64,000 bases of DNA from a virus, in the IMG/VR virus record IMGVR_UViG_3300044641_003209, positions 2,457 to 66,456 of that record, one strand, 5' to 3'. The notes under the pieces were generated by a model, which saw only the letters and a list, made by a program, of their open reading frames with translations, had not been told where the DNA came from and made no database searches. Shown piece after piece: positions 29,121 through 37,146 of this stretch; within the stretch, counting starts at the first letter, position 1, and each line of letters starts with the position of its first letter. The translations under genes were made by a program, and so were the position numbers.

Positions 29121-29435
29121 CTATTCCGCGTCGTGTGTATCTGTCTGAGCGTTGACGTATTCTATAGCCTCTTCGCAGTGTTCCGCCAATTCGCGCCAAT
29201 TTACTTTATCGACACGCAGTAGGTCGCGAAGTAGGCCGTCGATATTCGCCGTCTCTAAAATACATTCGTCGAACATATTCTTCAGATGTTGCGATAGGTC
29301 ATATACCGTATCCCCTTCGTAGAAACTCTCTGCGTATTCCATAGCCCACACATCGAGAGTGTCTCCAATATGGACGTTTACGGCCCATGTTTCGTAGTTT
29401 GTCCATCCATTGTAGGATTCGTTGTTCGCGCTCAT
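29121..29435 (-). CDS. Early protein of the YNGWxNxETW family
   Basis: SYNGWTNYETWAV..VNWRELAEH; conserved leader. Confidence 0.75.
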   Translation of the reverse strand: MSANNESYNGWTNYETWAVNVHIGDTLDVWAMEYAESFYEGDTVYDLSQHLKNMFDECILETANIDGLLRDLLRVDKVNWRELAEHCEEAIEYVNAQTDTHDAE

Positions 29436-29483
29436 GATGTAACCCCGTGAAAAATTGGTGTTTGTTTGTTTCAGAAGATAGGA

Positions 29484-29509
29484 CGTATATTCCGTCCGGA
29501 TATTGTAAC
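29484..29509. promoter_or_regulatory. Tandem 13-bp box array (2 copies)
   Basis: CGTATATTCCGTC CGGATATTGTAAC. Confidence 0.7.
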
Positions 29510-29510
29510 C

Positions 29511-29792
29511 CTAAGCGCGAATTTCGCGAATCATTGTAGATAGTTCCCTGCGGTTAAGGGCTTTGCTATTCCATGCGATCCCGTCCGGTGTGCCGTTATG
29601 GAACGTCGAACCCTCTCCCGTGTATAAATCCTCGTACCTATCTATACGCTCTCCGTATAAGGAGACAAGGCGCACAAAATCGGTGTAGCTATTAGCGGTT
29701 CGCGCGATGTTGTATAGGCTCTCCGTGTTGGATATCCATAACGCGACGTTCCATGTTTCGCGGTTAGACCAGCCGTTATATTTTGCGGACAT
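29511..29792 (-). CDS. Early protein of the YNGWxNxETW family (paralog)
   Basis: MSAKYNGWSNRETWNVALWISN..TPDGIAW. Confidence 0.75.
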   Translation of the reverse strand: MSAKYNGWSNRETWNVALWISNTESLYNIARTANSYTDFVRLVSLYGERIDRYEDLYTGEGSTFHNGTPDGIAWNSKALNRRELSTMIREIRA

Positions 29793-29957
29793 AGGGAACC
29801 CCGTGTGAAGTTTGGGAAAGATTGATTCGGAGATTGAGACGTTGTACACTACCGTTTATTGCAAACACGTCACCTCGTCTCGCTCTCTCTAAGTGTACGC
29901 AATATCCGGTTGCAATGCTCAGTTTATACACTACCACAACACCAAAAACAAAACATA

Positions 29958-29978
29958 GGGGGAGGGGGAGGGGGGGGG
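29958..29978 (+). other. G-tract at the divergence point (G5AG5AG9)
   Basis: Lies between the leftward early block and the rightward dCMP deaminase operon. Confidence 0.6.
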
Positions 29979-30221
29979 TACATCACACGCGCCCGCCTGG
30001 GGGTATTGTGTTAGTCCCCACGCACGGATTTCCAATTTTTGAAAACACTCACACCGGACAATACCGCAGCATCATCGTCTACCGTGAGTGAGTTTGTGTA
30101 TCGTCTGTACTCTACAAGATCCTTTGTGTAGCGTGAAACGCGATATAGGCTCCACAACCACCTTGCACCATATCTCCCCCACTGCGTAACTTTGCTCAAC
30201 ACACTGCGTAAAGGGAAGGAT

Positions 30222-30653
30222 ATGTGGGACGAGAGGTTCTTAGCATTGGCTGAGCACGTAGCATTATGGTCTAAGGACCCATCGACGAAGGTGGGGGCTG
30301 TGATCGTAGACGAGAAGAAGCGAGTAGTGAGCTTAGGGTACAACGGGGTACCTAGGGGTGTAAAGGAGGTACCAGAGGGTGACAGGGACAGGAAGCTCTT
30401 ACGCACGATCCATGCGGAGGAGAACGCCCTGCACTTTGCGAACAAGGATGTCGAGGGGTGTACGTTATACGTGAGTATGCCACCGTGCGCTAAGTGTGCG
30501 GCACAGATGATTCAGAGGGGTGTGAGTAGGGTTGTGTGTCGTAGTGGCCCTGTGGAGTTCTGGACACGGTGGATGGGTCAGATAGTGGAGGCGAAGGCGA
30601 TGTTCGACGAAGCAGGGGTATCAGTAACAATCATCGATAAGGAGGAACCATGA
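30222..30653 (+). CDS. dCMP deaminase (deoxycytidylate deaminase)
   Basis: WSKDPSTKVGAVI, GYNG, HAEENA, PCAKCA zinc motifs; start MWDERF. Confidence 0.92.
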   Translation: MWDERFLALAEHVALWSKDPSTKVGAVIVDEKKRVVSLGYNGVPRGVKEVPEGDRDRKLLRTIHAEENALHFANKDVEGCTLYVSMPPCAKCAAQMIQRGVSRVVCRSGPVEFWTRWMGQIVEAKAMFDEAGVSVTIIDKEEP

Positions 30654-31291
30654 GCGTAGACCTAGTATCCATCACAGAGCCGCATGTACTGACGGAGGAG
30701 GGTAAGTTGTTGCTTCCGGAGGAGTACATCGTGTACATAGCCAGGGTATCGAACCCTGACAACCAGTTGAACACTGCGACGTCGGGTAGGTTATTACAGT
30801 ACCTAATAGATCACAAGCATTGGAGTCCGTTTGAGTTTGTGGACATGACGGTAAGGATTGTCACCCGACGTTCTATAGCGGCACAGATCTTACGTCACAG
30901 GTCATTCTCATTCCAGGAGTTCAGTCAGAGGTACTCTGCTGTGGCGGATGTCGAGACGATAGAGCTACGTCGTCAGGCTGACAAGAATCGGCAGAGTTCG
31001 GCTGAAGTGATAGACGACCCTGTACTGAATGACATGGTTCTAATGGCGCAGAACCATGCTATTGACCTATACGAGACATTGCTCGAAAAGGGTGTAGCAC
31101 GGGAAGTAGCTAGGGATATCCTACCTTTGTCTACCCAGACGACGTTGTACATGAAGGGATCTGTGCGGTCATGGATTCATTACTTGCAGTTACGTTGTGC
31201 TGAGGACACGCAGAAGGAGCACAGGGAGATAGCTGAGGCTATCAGGGATATCTTTGCGATTCAATTCCCGACGATAGCTAAAGCCTTGTAA
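30650..31291 (+). CDS. thyX: Flavin-dependent thymidylate synthase
   Basis: ARVSNP, HWSPFE, QILRHRSFSFQEFSQRY, EVARDILP, TQKEHR. Confidence 0.95.
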   Translation: MSVDLVSITEPHVLTEEGKLLLPEEYIVYIARVSNPDNQLNTATSGRLLQYLIDHKHWSPFEFVDMTVRIVTRRSIAAQILRHRSFSFQEFSQRYSAVADVETIELRRQADKNRQSSAEVIDDPVLNDMVLMAQNHAIDLYETLLEKGVAREVARDILPLSTQTTLYMKGSVRSWIHYLQLRCAEDTQKEHREIAEAIRDIFAIQFPTIAKAL

Positions 31292-31330
31292 AACAGGAAT
31301 CTGATTCCTGAATTGCGAGGATGAATACGC

Positions 31331-31358
31331 ATCATATTGTTGGCGTCAACAAAATGAT
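31331..31358. repeat. 28-bp imperfect palindrome (11-6-11)
   Basis: ATCATATTGTT-GGCGTC-AACAAAATGAT; 10 of 11 arm positions pair. Confidence 0.7.
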
Positions 31359-31370
31359 ATCACACTAAGA

Positions 31371-31402
31371 TTTGGAACATAGCGTCCCCTGTTGTAGATT
31401 GC
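31371..31402 (+). promoter_or_regulatory. FCB-type promoter
   Basis: TTTG-N20-TAGATTGC. Confidence 0.55.
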
Positions 31403-31437
31403 AGATATATTTCTAACCAATCACAGGGAACCAAAGA

Positions 31438-31510
31438 TGAGTGACACACCAAAGACCACGCCGACGCCGCCCAACGAATCGCCGACATTTATAACGAGGT
31501 GATGCCATGA
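31438..31510 (+). pseudogene. Chimeric gene remnant (MSDTPK start fused to the 3' end of a paralog of 31800..32117)
   Basis: 31456-31510 is 50/55 identical to 32063-32117 but out of frame with ATG 31438. Confidence 0.55.
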
Positions 31511-31803
31511 GCGGTAAAAAATGGAAGTTACGTCAAGACGGACGAAGGCACTACGCGCTTCTGGAGGATGCGGACGTGCCAGCGAATGTGCATACACCTC
31601 CGATAGCATTCTTATCATTTGTTGAGCAACAGCACAGAGACCTAATAGCCGCAGCGCCGGAGATGCTGGAGGCATTGGAAGCCATCATAGCAACGAATCC
31701 TCACAACGCACCGATGACACACGAGCAGATTAGAAGTGCGTACGCAGAATCGCTACGCAGTGCCCGCGCCGCCATTGCCAAAGCTAAAGGAGAAACGCCA
31801 TGA
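31507..31803 (+). CDS. Hypothetical phage protein (LIAAAPEMLEAL family)
   Basis: Motif LIAAAPEMLEALE..ARAAIAKAKG. Confidence 0.75.
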   Translation: MSGKKWKLRQDGRRHYALLEDADVPANVHTPPIAFLSFVEQQHRDLIAAAPEMLEALEAIIATNPHNAPMTHEQIRSAYAESLRSARAAIAKAKGETP

Positions 31804-32117
31804 GTAACTGGATAACAGACCGACTGCCGACGGTGGATGATGCAATGGCAGATGGTAAGGTTTGGACGATGTATTTAGGTAACGTTGTGCCATTAGCGGC
31901 CGATCGTATTCCGCTGGGCAGCCCTTGGCAACCCATCCCACGCCCCGCCCCCTACGCCAAGCCGAAGCGGTGGACGGTGGAGTGGTATGACCCAAATAAT
32001 TGCTGGCATGTCATAGACACTACGATTGATGGCGTAATGGGTTATCTGCATTTGGAATTAACCCACGCCGACGCCGCACAACGTATTGCAGACATTTATA
32101 ACGAGGCGATGCCATGA
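31800..32117 (+). CDS. Hypothetical phage protein
   Basis: MSNWITDRLPT..WQP; ATGA coupling. Confidence 0.7.
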   Translation: MSNWITDRLPTVDDAMADGKVWTMYLGNVVPLAADRIPLGSPWQPIPRPAPYAKPKRWTVEWYDPNNCWHVIDTTIDGVMGYLHLELTHADAAQRIADIYNEAMP

Positions 32118-32260
32118 ACCCCACTGATGTTCTTGGATGGGTTAGTGTCATTAGTTTGTCGTTGTTTATCCTCGGATTACCACTGGCACTCACCGTCGAA
32201 TTCATAGTTTTCACCGCAAAAAATTTCCGCGAAATCAAGCAACGAAAGACAACACCATGA
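32114..32260 (+). CDS. Small membrane protein (48 aa)
   Basis: MNPTDVLGWVSVISLSLFILGLPLAL..; ATGA-coupled on both sides. Confidence 0.55.
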   Translation: MNPTDVLGWVSVISLSLFILGLPLALTVEFIVFTAKNFREIKQRKTTP

Positions 32261-32514
32261 CCGAACCACATCAAACGACAGTAGTGGCAACGACGACGCA
32301 AGTAATAATCCACCTGAATGATAGCTCACCCTACAATGCCCACGGCTTAGTCGTGACAATGAAAGATGAGGGTGTAGGTGAGTTCATTTTTATCGAGCAC
32401 GTAGATGGATCTGGTGAGATTGCCTTGGATTTCAACATGATAGACGCACTCTACGAAGCGTTAGAGTTATTTCGCACTGAGCATGAAGCTCGCAAAGGAG
32501 GCAAGGATGAGTGA
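32257..32514 (+). CDS. Hypothetical protein
   Basis: 85 aa; coupled. Confidence 0.65.
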   Translation: MTEPHQTTVVATTTQVIIHLNDSSPYNAHGLVVTMKDEGVGEFIFIEHVDGSGEIALDFNMIDALYEALELFRTEHEARKGGKDE

Positions 32515-32722
32515 TATAAAAGACGGCGGGCCTGCATTTCCCGTCTATGACGACACACACATGTACCCAACCAGCACCGGCATGACCCTGCGGGACTGGT
32601 TTGCAGGGCAGGCGTTAGCAAGTGCAGGCAGCTCTTCACTTGATGCTGTAAGAATTGCAAAGGCTTGCTACGAACGGGCCGATGCCATGATCGCCGCACG
32701 GGAGAAGGGAGGCGAAGAATGA
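32507..32722 (+). CDS. Small phage protein (GGPAFP..GMTLRDWFA family)
   Basis: DGGPAFP..GMTLRDWFAGQAL..ADAMIAAR. Confidence 0.75.
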   Translation: MSDIKDGGPAFPVYDDTHMYPTSTGMTLRDWFAGQALASAGSSSLDAVRIAKACYERADAMIAAREKGGEE

Positions 32723-32970
32723 GTGATGAACAAGCCCAGTCAAAGGCCGCAGGCTACGCATTCCCGTCAATACTGAACATTCATGGACTGCAATACGAGC
32801 AAACGGGCATAACAATACGGGCATTGCTTGCAGGAATGGCAATGCAAGGCATGTGTGCAAATCCGAATTTCAGCACAACACGGATGCAGTTGGTCGCACA
32901 GATGGCTGTAATGCAAGCTGATTACATGATTGAAGAACTTGAGAAGGAAGTAAGCCATGACAGGCAATGA
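32719..32970 (+). CDS. Paralog of the AFP..GxTxR family
   Basis: YAFP..GITIRALLAGMAMQG..ADYMIEEL. Confidence 0.7.
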   Translation: MSDEQAQSKAAGYAFPSILNIHGLQYEQTGITIRALLAGMAMQGMCANPNFSTTRMQLVAQMAVMQADYMIEELEKEVSHDRQ

Positions 32971-33069
32971 ACTAGCCGCAATCATCATCATTGCCTCGCA
33001 GATATTCTCAACGCTTGCGATCCTATCGATTCACAATCTTCTCAAACGACACACAGAGAAAGGCAAGGT

Positions 33070-33432
33070 ATGAGCGAAGAACGAAATCCATACTATCCTC
33101 ATCCAGAGGGCACACCAGCGCCATGGTACGTTTACTCCAACGAGCTCATTGACGGAACCAAGACATTCTGGATAGGCAACTCGGCAGATGTCGTATTCGA
33201 CTGTTCACCGTATGGTCCGAAGGAGCTGTTCTTTCCTCCAAATGAACCAGACGCGCGATTGATTTGCGCCGCGCCTGACATGTTAGAGGCGCTGAAGTCA
33301 GCCATCGAACTGTACGGGAAGCCAGGCGGCCCATGGAATGTACCGAGCGACCCTGGTGGGTGGCTGGATATGGCACGTAAAGCAGTAAATAAAGCGGAGG
33401 GAATTGGCCCTGATACGGTGTATGTCAAATGA
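33070..33432 (+). CDS. Hypothetical phage protein (LIxAAPDMLEAL family)
   Basis: TPAPW..DARLICAAPDMLEALK. Confidence 0.75.
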   Translation: MSEERNPYYPHPEGTPAPWYVYSNELIDGTKTFWIGNSADVVFDCSPYGPKELFFPPNEPDARLICAAPDMLEALKSAIELYGKPGGPWNVPSDPGGWLDMARKAVNKAEGIGPDTVYVK

Positions 33433-33573
33433 TTGACCCGCCACTGCGGTATCGAGTCATAGACACGGTTACCGACGTTGTGTATGGCGAATACTTTAGT
33501 CTGTATGCAGCAGAAATGCGATGCACGGAGCTAGACAGATTCAAAACACGACCATTCCCTGTTTTCTGTATCG

Positions 33574-33882
33574 TTGAAATTGAGGACGAAAATGACGAAT
33601 GAACAACTCGCCGAACTACAAGAGCTTACCAAAGATGCGCTCAAAGAGTTTTACATCAGCAAGGTGACAGGCGAACTCTGCGTTATGAGTACGTGGCTGC
33701 TACGTAGATCAATTCTAGCCATCGAGGACAGGCTTGCAGCGCTGGCCGCAGAGGACCAGATCGCTACGTTAGAACGCCTACTGGTGCAGACTGCCAAGGA
33801 ACTACGGGCATGCAAGGACACAATGCGGTCGCTCAACGCCCCGCCTAGCGACGCCTACGATTCTGGATTGGGACACGCATGA
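33574..33882 (+). CDS. Hypothetical protein
   Basis: Helical ORF; likely start MTNEQ. Confidence 0.55.
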   Translation: MKLRTKMTNEQLAELQELTKDALKEFYISKVTGELCVMSTWLLRRSILAIEDRLAALAAEDQIATLERLLVQTAKELRACKDTMRSLNAPPSDAYDSGLGHA

Positions 33883-34008
33883 CAACTAAACGCAGACTGG
33901 CAAACATCGTCGCATTTGCTACGTTATTTGCCATAGCAACATGGGCTATGACCCATGTCATTGACTTGGCCTATAACCTTTACTTCATCTTCACACACTG
34001 AGGGAACC

Positions 34009-34401
34009 ATGAAAAAGAACTACGGAACGGTAACAGTCGTCGCACGCCAAGATGGCGAGTACGTCTATGGCGAATATGAGATCAACGGCAGGAAGCACAC
34101 CAAGGAGATCAAGCTCCGTGAGGATGGTAGCAACAAGGATACAGCCCTTGCCGTAGTCAATGCGTGGCGTGCAGAGATTATTGCTGCCTCATTCAGCAAG
34201 CGTGGTGCAGTCAATCGCCCCGACGTGCGCGAGATTCTTAGCAGCGTCAAGGAGCGCGTAGCAGAGCGCAAGCGTCAGAGGGAAGAGGACTCTAAGCAGC
34301 ACCAAGAAAAGATCATGACAGACATAGAGCACGTCATTAACCGCTACGGACGCTCGGCTATGGATCAATCCTACGAGAACGTATTCGGAGGTCGGGCATA
34401 A
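34009..34401 (+). CDS. Hypothetical protein
   Basis: Start MKKNYG with GAGGG RBS; C-terminal coiled coil. Confidence 0.6.
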   Translation: MKKNYGTVTVVARQDGEYVYGEYEINGRKHTKEIKLREDGSNKDTALAVVNAWRAEIIAASFSKRGAVNRPDVREILSSVKERVAERKRQREEDSKQHQEKIMTDIEHVINRYGRSAMDQSYENVFGGRA

Positions 34402-34406
34402 AATAA

Positions 34407-34436
34407 AAGATCCGGCCCAGGGAAAAGCCGGATCTT
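34407..34436. terminator. Hairpin between convergent genes
   Basis: AAGATCCGGC-N10-GCCGGATCTT. Confidence 0.6.
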
Positions 34437-34470
34437 CGAGGAGGGAGGAGGGAGGGAACCGTAGAACGGA

Positions 34471-34650
34471 CTACTTCTTGACGCGGGTGGGTAAGCCCTT
34501 GAGCTTTGTTCCTGCGTACTTCTTGATCTCTTTTGTGGTCATGGACTTGGCTGCCTTCTTGAGTGCGGGTGAACCACCCTTCATCTCACCACGTTTGGTA
34601 GCCAGGGCCATGCCCATGAACTTCTGTTGCTTCTTTGAAACTGCTGGCAT
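34471..34650 (-). CDS. DUF3008-like small basic protein (59 aa, not in ORF track)
   Basis: MPAVSKKQQKFMGMALATKRGE..AKSMTTKEIKKYAGTKLKGLP. Confidence 0.7.
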   Translation of the reverse strand: MPAVSKKQQKFMGMALATKRGEMKGGSPALKKAAKSMTTKEIKKYAGTKLKGLPTRVKK

Positions 34651-34799
34651 TACTTACTCCGAGCTGTTTTTGCTGACTGTCGAAATGCCTTAGCTGTTGG
34701 AGCACCTTTGCTACCGGGCTTACGCATCTTCTCGCCAGATCCAGCGGCAATACGCTTGCGCTTGGCGTTGATGTTCTCGTATAGTCCTTGCTTTGGCAT
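34650..34799 (-). CDS. Small basic phage protein (49 aa, not in ORF track)
   Basis: MPKQGLYENINAKRKRIAAGSGEKMRKPGSKGAPTAKAF; TAATG-coupled. Confidence 0.7.
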   Translation of the reverse strand: MPKQGLYENINAKRKRIAAGSGEKMRKPGSKGAPTAKAFRQSAKTARSK

Positions 34800-34802
34800 A
34801 CC

Positions 34803-34885
34803 GCAATATAATCAACTTACGATTAGACGCAAGAGAATTTGCAACTAGCCGAAATAGCATTTGCATTGTTGGGTCCGTAGTTTGC
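34803..34885. promoter_or_regulatory. Divergent promoter pair
   Basis: Minus strand: TTGC-N18-TATATTGC, 3 nt before ATG 34799. Plus strand: TTTG..TAGTTTGC before ATG 34902. Confidence 0.5.
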
Positions 34886-34901
34886 AGAAAAAGGATAATC
34901 T

Positions 34902-35903
34902 ATGGCTACACCCCTTAAAGTATTTAGCTGGAACATAGCACATTTCGTGCCCAATACGTTCAGCAACAACTGGAATCAGCACGTTTCTGACGTTGCTACC
35001 GCTATCCCTAACGATGCCGATATCGTCATGCTCCAAGAAGCATGGGAGAGTGCTCCTGGTGCCTCAAGCTGGCCTATATTCCCTGTAGCATCGGCTGCAT
35101 TCCAGGCAATTTATGGCGTTCCATTGCCATCAAGTATCACTGGGATCACCTCTGCCGGAGGCTTGGTTAGCCTCATGGCTGCCAAAGGATACCCTTACTA
35201 CATATCTTCGCCTTTCGGCAATGACATCCTGAATGCTGGCCTGATTACTTTCAGCAAGCACCCTATTACTGCTAGTGCTTTCTCCCCATGGGGATCGGAA
35301 AGTCTGCCGGATTCCTTCTCGAACAAGGGGTTCTTGAAGGCTCAGATTCAGATTGGTGGCGCCAGCGTACAAGCAATCAACGTCCATACGCAAGCAGGGT
35401 GGGATGCCACCAGTAAGGCTACCCGTGCGGCCCAGATTGCCCAACTGCGCACGTCGCTCGTATCACCAGGCAAGTACATCATTGCCGGAGACTTCAACTT
35501 CTCCCGTGCGTCCAACATCATTACTGGTCCAGGTGGCGGCGACACTCAGGAAGTAGCGAACTACACGCTGCTTACCACGGGTGGTAATCCAACGCTGACG
35601 GAAGCTCGTAATCTCGTCTCGACAGATATAGACTATATCTTCATGGCTGGGTTCTGTGACAGCATGGGATTCGCTACGTACGGTAGGACGGCTCCGGAGG
35701 AAGGCGTTTCGGATCACTTCACATATTACGCAACGACATCGCTGCTCGTATGTGACAATGACGATCCGACAAATTTCCGATACGATAACCCACTACCAGG
35801 CATCCTGATAAACAAGTGTCCGCTTTGTGGCATTCGCCTCAAACTACCGCGACCACTGCGATATCAAGCAGATGGAACCCCAGACTGCATCATGAGTAAG
35901 TAA
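34902..35903 (+). CDS. Endonuclease/exonuclease/phosphatase (EEP) enzyme, sphingomyelinase C-like
   Basis: SWNI, DIVMLQEAW, NAGLITFSKHPI, DSFSNKGF, INVHTQA, IIAGDFN, IDYIF, SDH. Confidence 0.8.
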   Translation: MATPLKVFSWNIAHFVPNTFSNNWNQHVSDVATAIPNDADIVMLQEAWESAPGASSWPIFPVASAAFQAIYGVPLPSSITGITSAGGLVSLMAAKGYPYYISSPFGNDILNAGLITFSKHPITASAFSPWGSESLPDSFSNKGFLKAQIQIGGASVQAINVHTQAGWDATSKATRAAQIAQLRTSLVSPGKYIIAGDFNFSRASNIITGPGGGDTQEVANYTLLTTGGNPTLTEARNLVSTDIDYIFMAGFCDSMGFATYGRTAPEEGVSDHFTYYATTSLLVCDNDDPTNFRYDNPLPGILINKCPLCGIRLKLPRPLRYQADGTPDCIMSK

Positions 35904-35906
35904 AGT

Positions 35907-35935
35907 AAAAGGGCCCTTCGGGGCCCTTCTTATTA
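35907..35935. terminator. Bidirectional intrinsic terminator
   Basis: AAAAGGGCCC-TTCG-GGGCCCTTCTTATT. Confidence 0.75.
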
Positions 35936-36019
35936 CTTCTTCTTGCCGCCCTTGCCTACGACCTTGACTGCGCCGTAGACCTGGCCCTTGCCTTTGCTCT
36001 TGCCTGTAGCCTTCTTCAT
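35933..36019 (-). CDS. Tiny Lys/Gly-rich peptide (28 aa)
   Basis: MKKATGKSKGKGQVYGAVKVVGKGGKKK with AAGGAG RBS. Confidence 0.5.
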   Translation of the reverse strand: MKKATGKSKGKGQVYGAVKVVGKGGKKK

Positions 36020-36040
36020 GGCTGTCTCCTTAGTGAATGA

Positions 36041-36889
36041 TTAACGAATGTCGTACTTTGGATTTAGTGGCGTGTTTATATTGGCAGGGTGTTCTGGAGC
36101 TGGAACCCGTAATCCTCGTGGAATAGCTATGCGTACTGGGCGAGCCATATTGTTAGCCTTCTTTCGATCTGGGGCCATCAATATGCCATATTGTTCAAGA
36201 GCTACTTGTGGCAACACAGGCCAAGCATAAGACAGTATATCAGGATAGTTTAGTTCAGTGCCTTTATGAAAGTCATATACATCGTTGACTACAATAGAAT
36301 CCTGATCCGGCGACACATTGAAGTTAAACGATCCAAGTGCGTATTCTAAATCATGGTTTGCATCACGGTACGCTTGAGGATCTTCACTGTTTGGATTAGA
36401 ATAAATATCATGACCGACTGGAAATCTACCGACGTTATCCCTGTAAAAGCCAGGGCCTTTGTAAATGGTATTCCCGTCTCGGAGAGCATAAGCCTCGTCC
36501 TCTAGTTTGCTTAGATCAAACATGTCGGTGTTGTTTGATTTCTTTTTTGATGGCTTAGTCTTAACAAGATACTTGTTGCTTGGATTCTGTGCATCTAGCT
36601 CTTGTGGTGTAATAGTCTGAGCCAGCCTATTTTCCAGCAAAGACAGCAACCGATCTTTATCTTCTTGTGATATATCCTTCTCTGTTATTGGACCACGTTC
36701 TTTATCCAAAAATGTAGACAAATAGAATCTTTCTGCTGCACCACGTTCATCGCGAGGAGTAACCGTAGATTTTACAGCATCCCATACCTGCAACAATTGG
36801 GGAACATACGACTTTAGGGCCGCATCATTCTTTGATTGAATGTAGGCTTTAGTTACATCTGCCCAATCAATTCCAAGACTGTTCACCAC
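36041..36889 (-). CDS. Hypothetical protein
   Basis: 282 aa; ALGSF..VNDVYDF motif. Confidence 0.65.
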   Translation of the reverse strand: MVNSLGIDWADVTKAYIQSKNDAALKSYVPQLLQVWDAVKSTVTPRDERGAAERFYLSTFLDKERGPITEKDISQEDKDRLLSLLENRLAQTITPQELDAQNPSNKYLVKTKPSKKKSNNTDMFDLSKLEDEAYALRDGNTIYKGPGFYRDNVGRFPVGHDIYSNPNSEDPQAYRDANHDLEYALGSFNFNVSPDQDSIVVNDVYDFHKGTELNYPDILSYAWPVLPQVALEQYGILMAPDRKKANNMARPVRIAIPRGLRVPAPEHPANINTPLNPKYDIR

Positions 36890-37143
36890 AACTTCCTAAC
36901 TGCATGATATGCTGGTGAGAGGATATCCTTCCATGCTGGTTTGCCGTTCTTCTTAACGCCCTTCATCCGATCGAGGAACCGCTGGCGACGCTCTGGATCT
37001 TTGTGCTTGGTAAAGTCTGAATACCCCGTAGCACCGAAGTGAACCTTCTTATCCTGACCACGCGCCTTGACGCGGATCATGAGCTTCTTTCCCTTGCGGT
37101 CGGACTTGTAGTATTTCCCGACCTTCATGTCAGACTTGTTCAC
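36883..37143 (-). CDS. DUF5754-like small basic protein
   Basis: SDRKGKK..VHFGATGYSDFTKHKDPERRQRF.R..SPAYH...LW. Confidence 0.7.
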   Translation of the reverse strand: MNKSDMKVGKYYKSDRKGKKLMIRVKARGQDKKVHFGATGYSDFTKHKDPERRQRFLDRMKGVKKNGKPAWKDILSPAYHAVRKLW

Positions 37144-37146
37144 GGC

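Noticed and set aside
25200-29900. CRISPR-like array suggested by recurring intergenic repeats
   Set aside because: Repeats are degenerate and separated by whole genes rather than 30-40 bp spacers; no cas genes
25311-32117. Diversity-generating retroelement TR/VR pairs (48-bp and 55-bp repeats)
   Set aside because: No reverse transcriptase in the window; mismatches are not adenine-specific and repeats are too short
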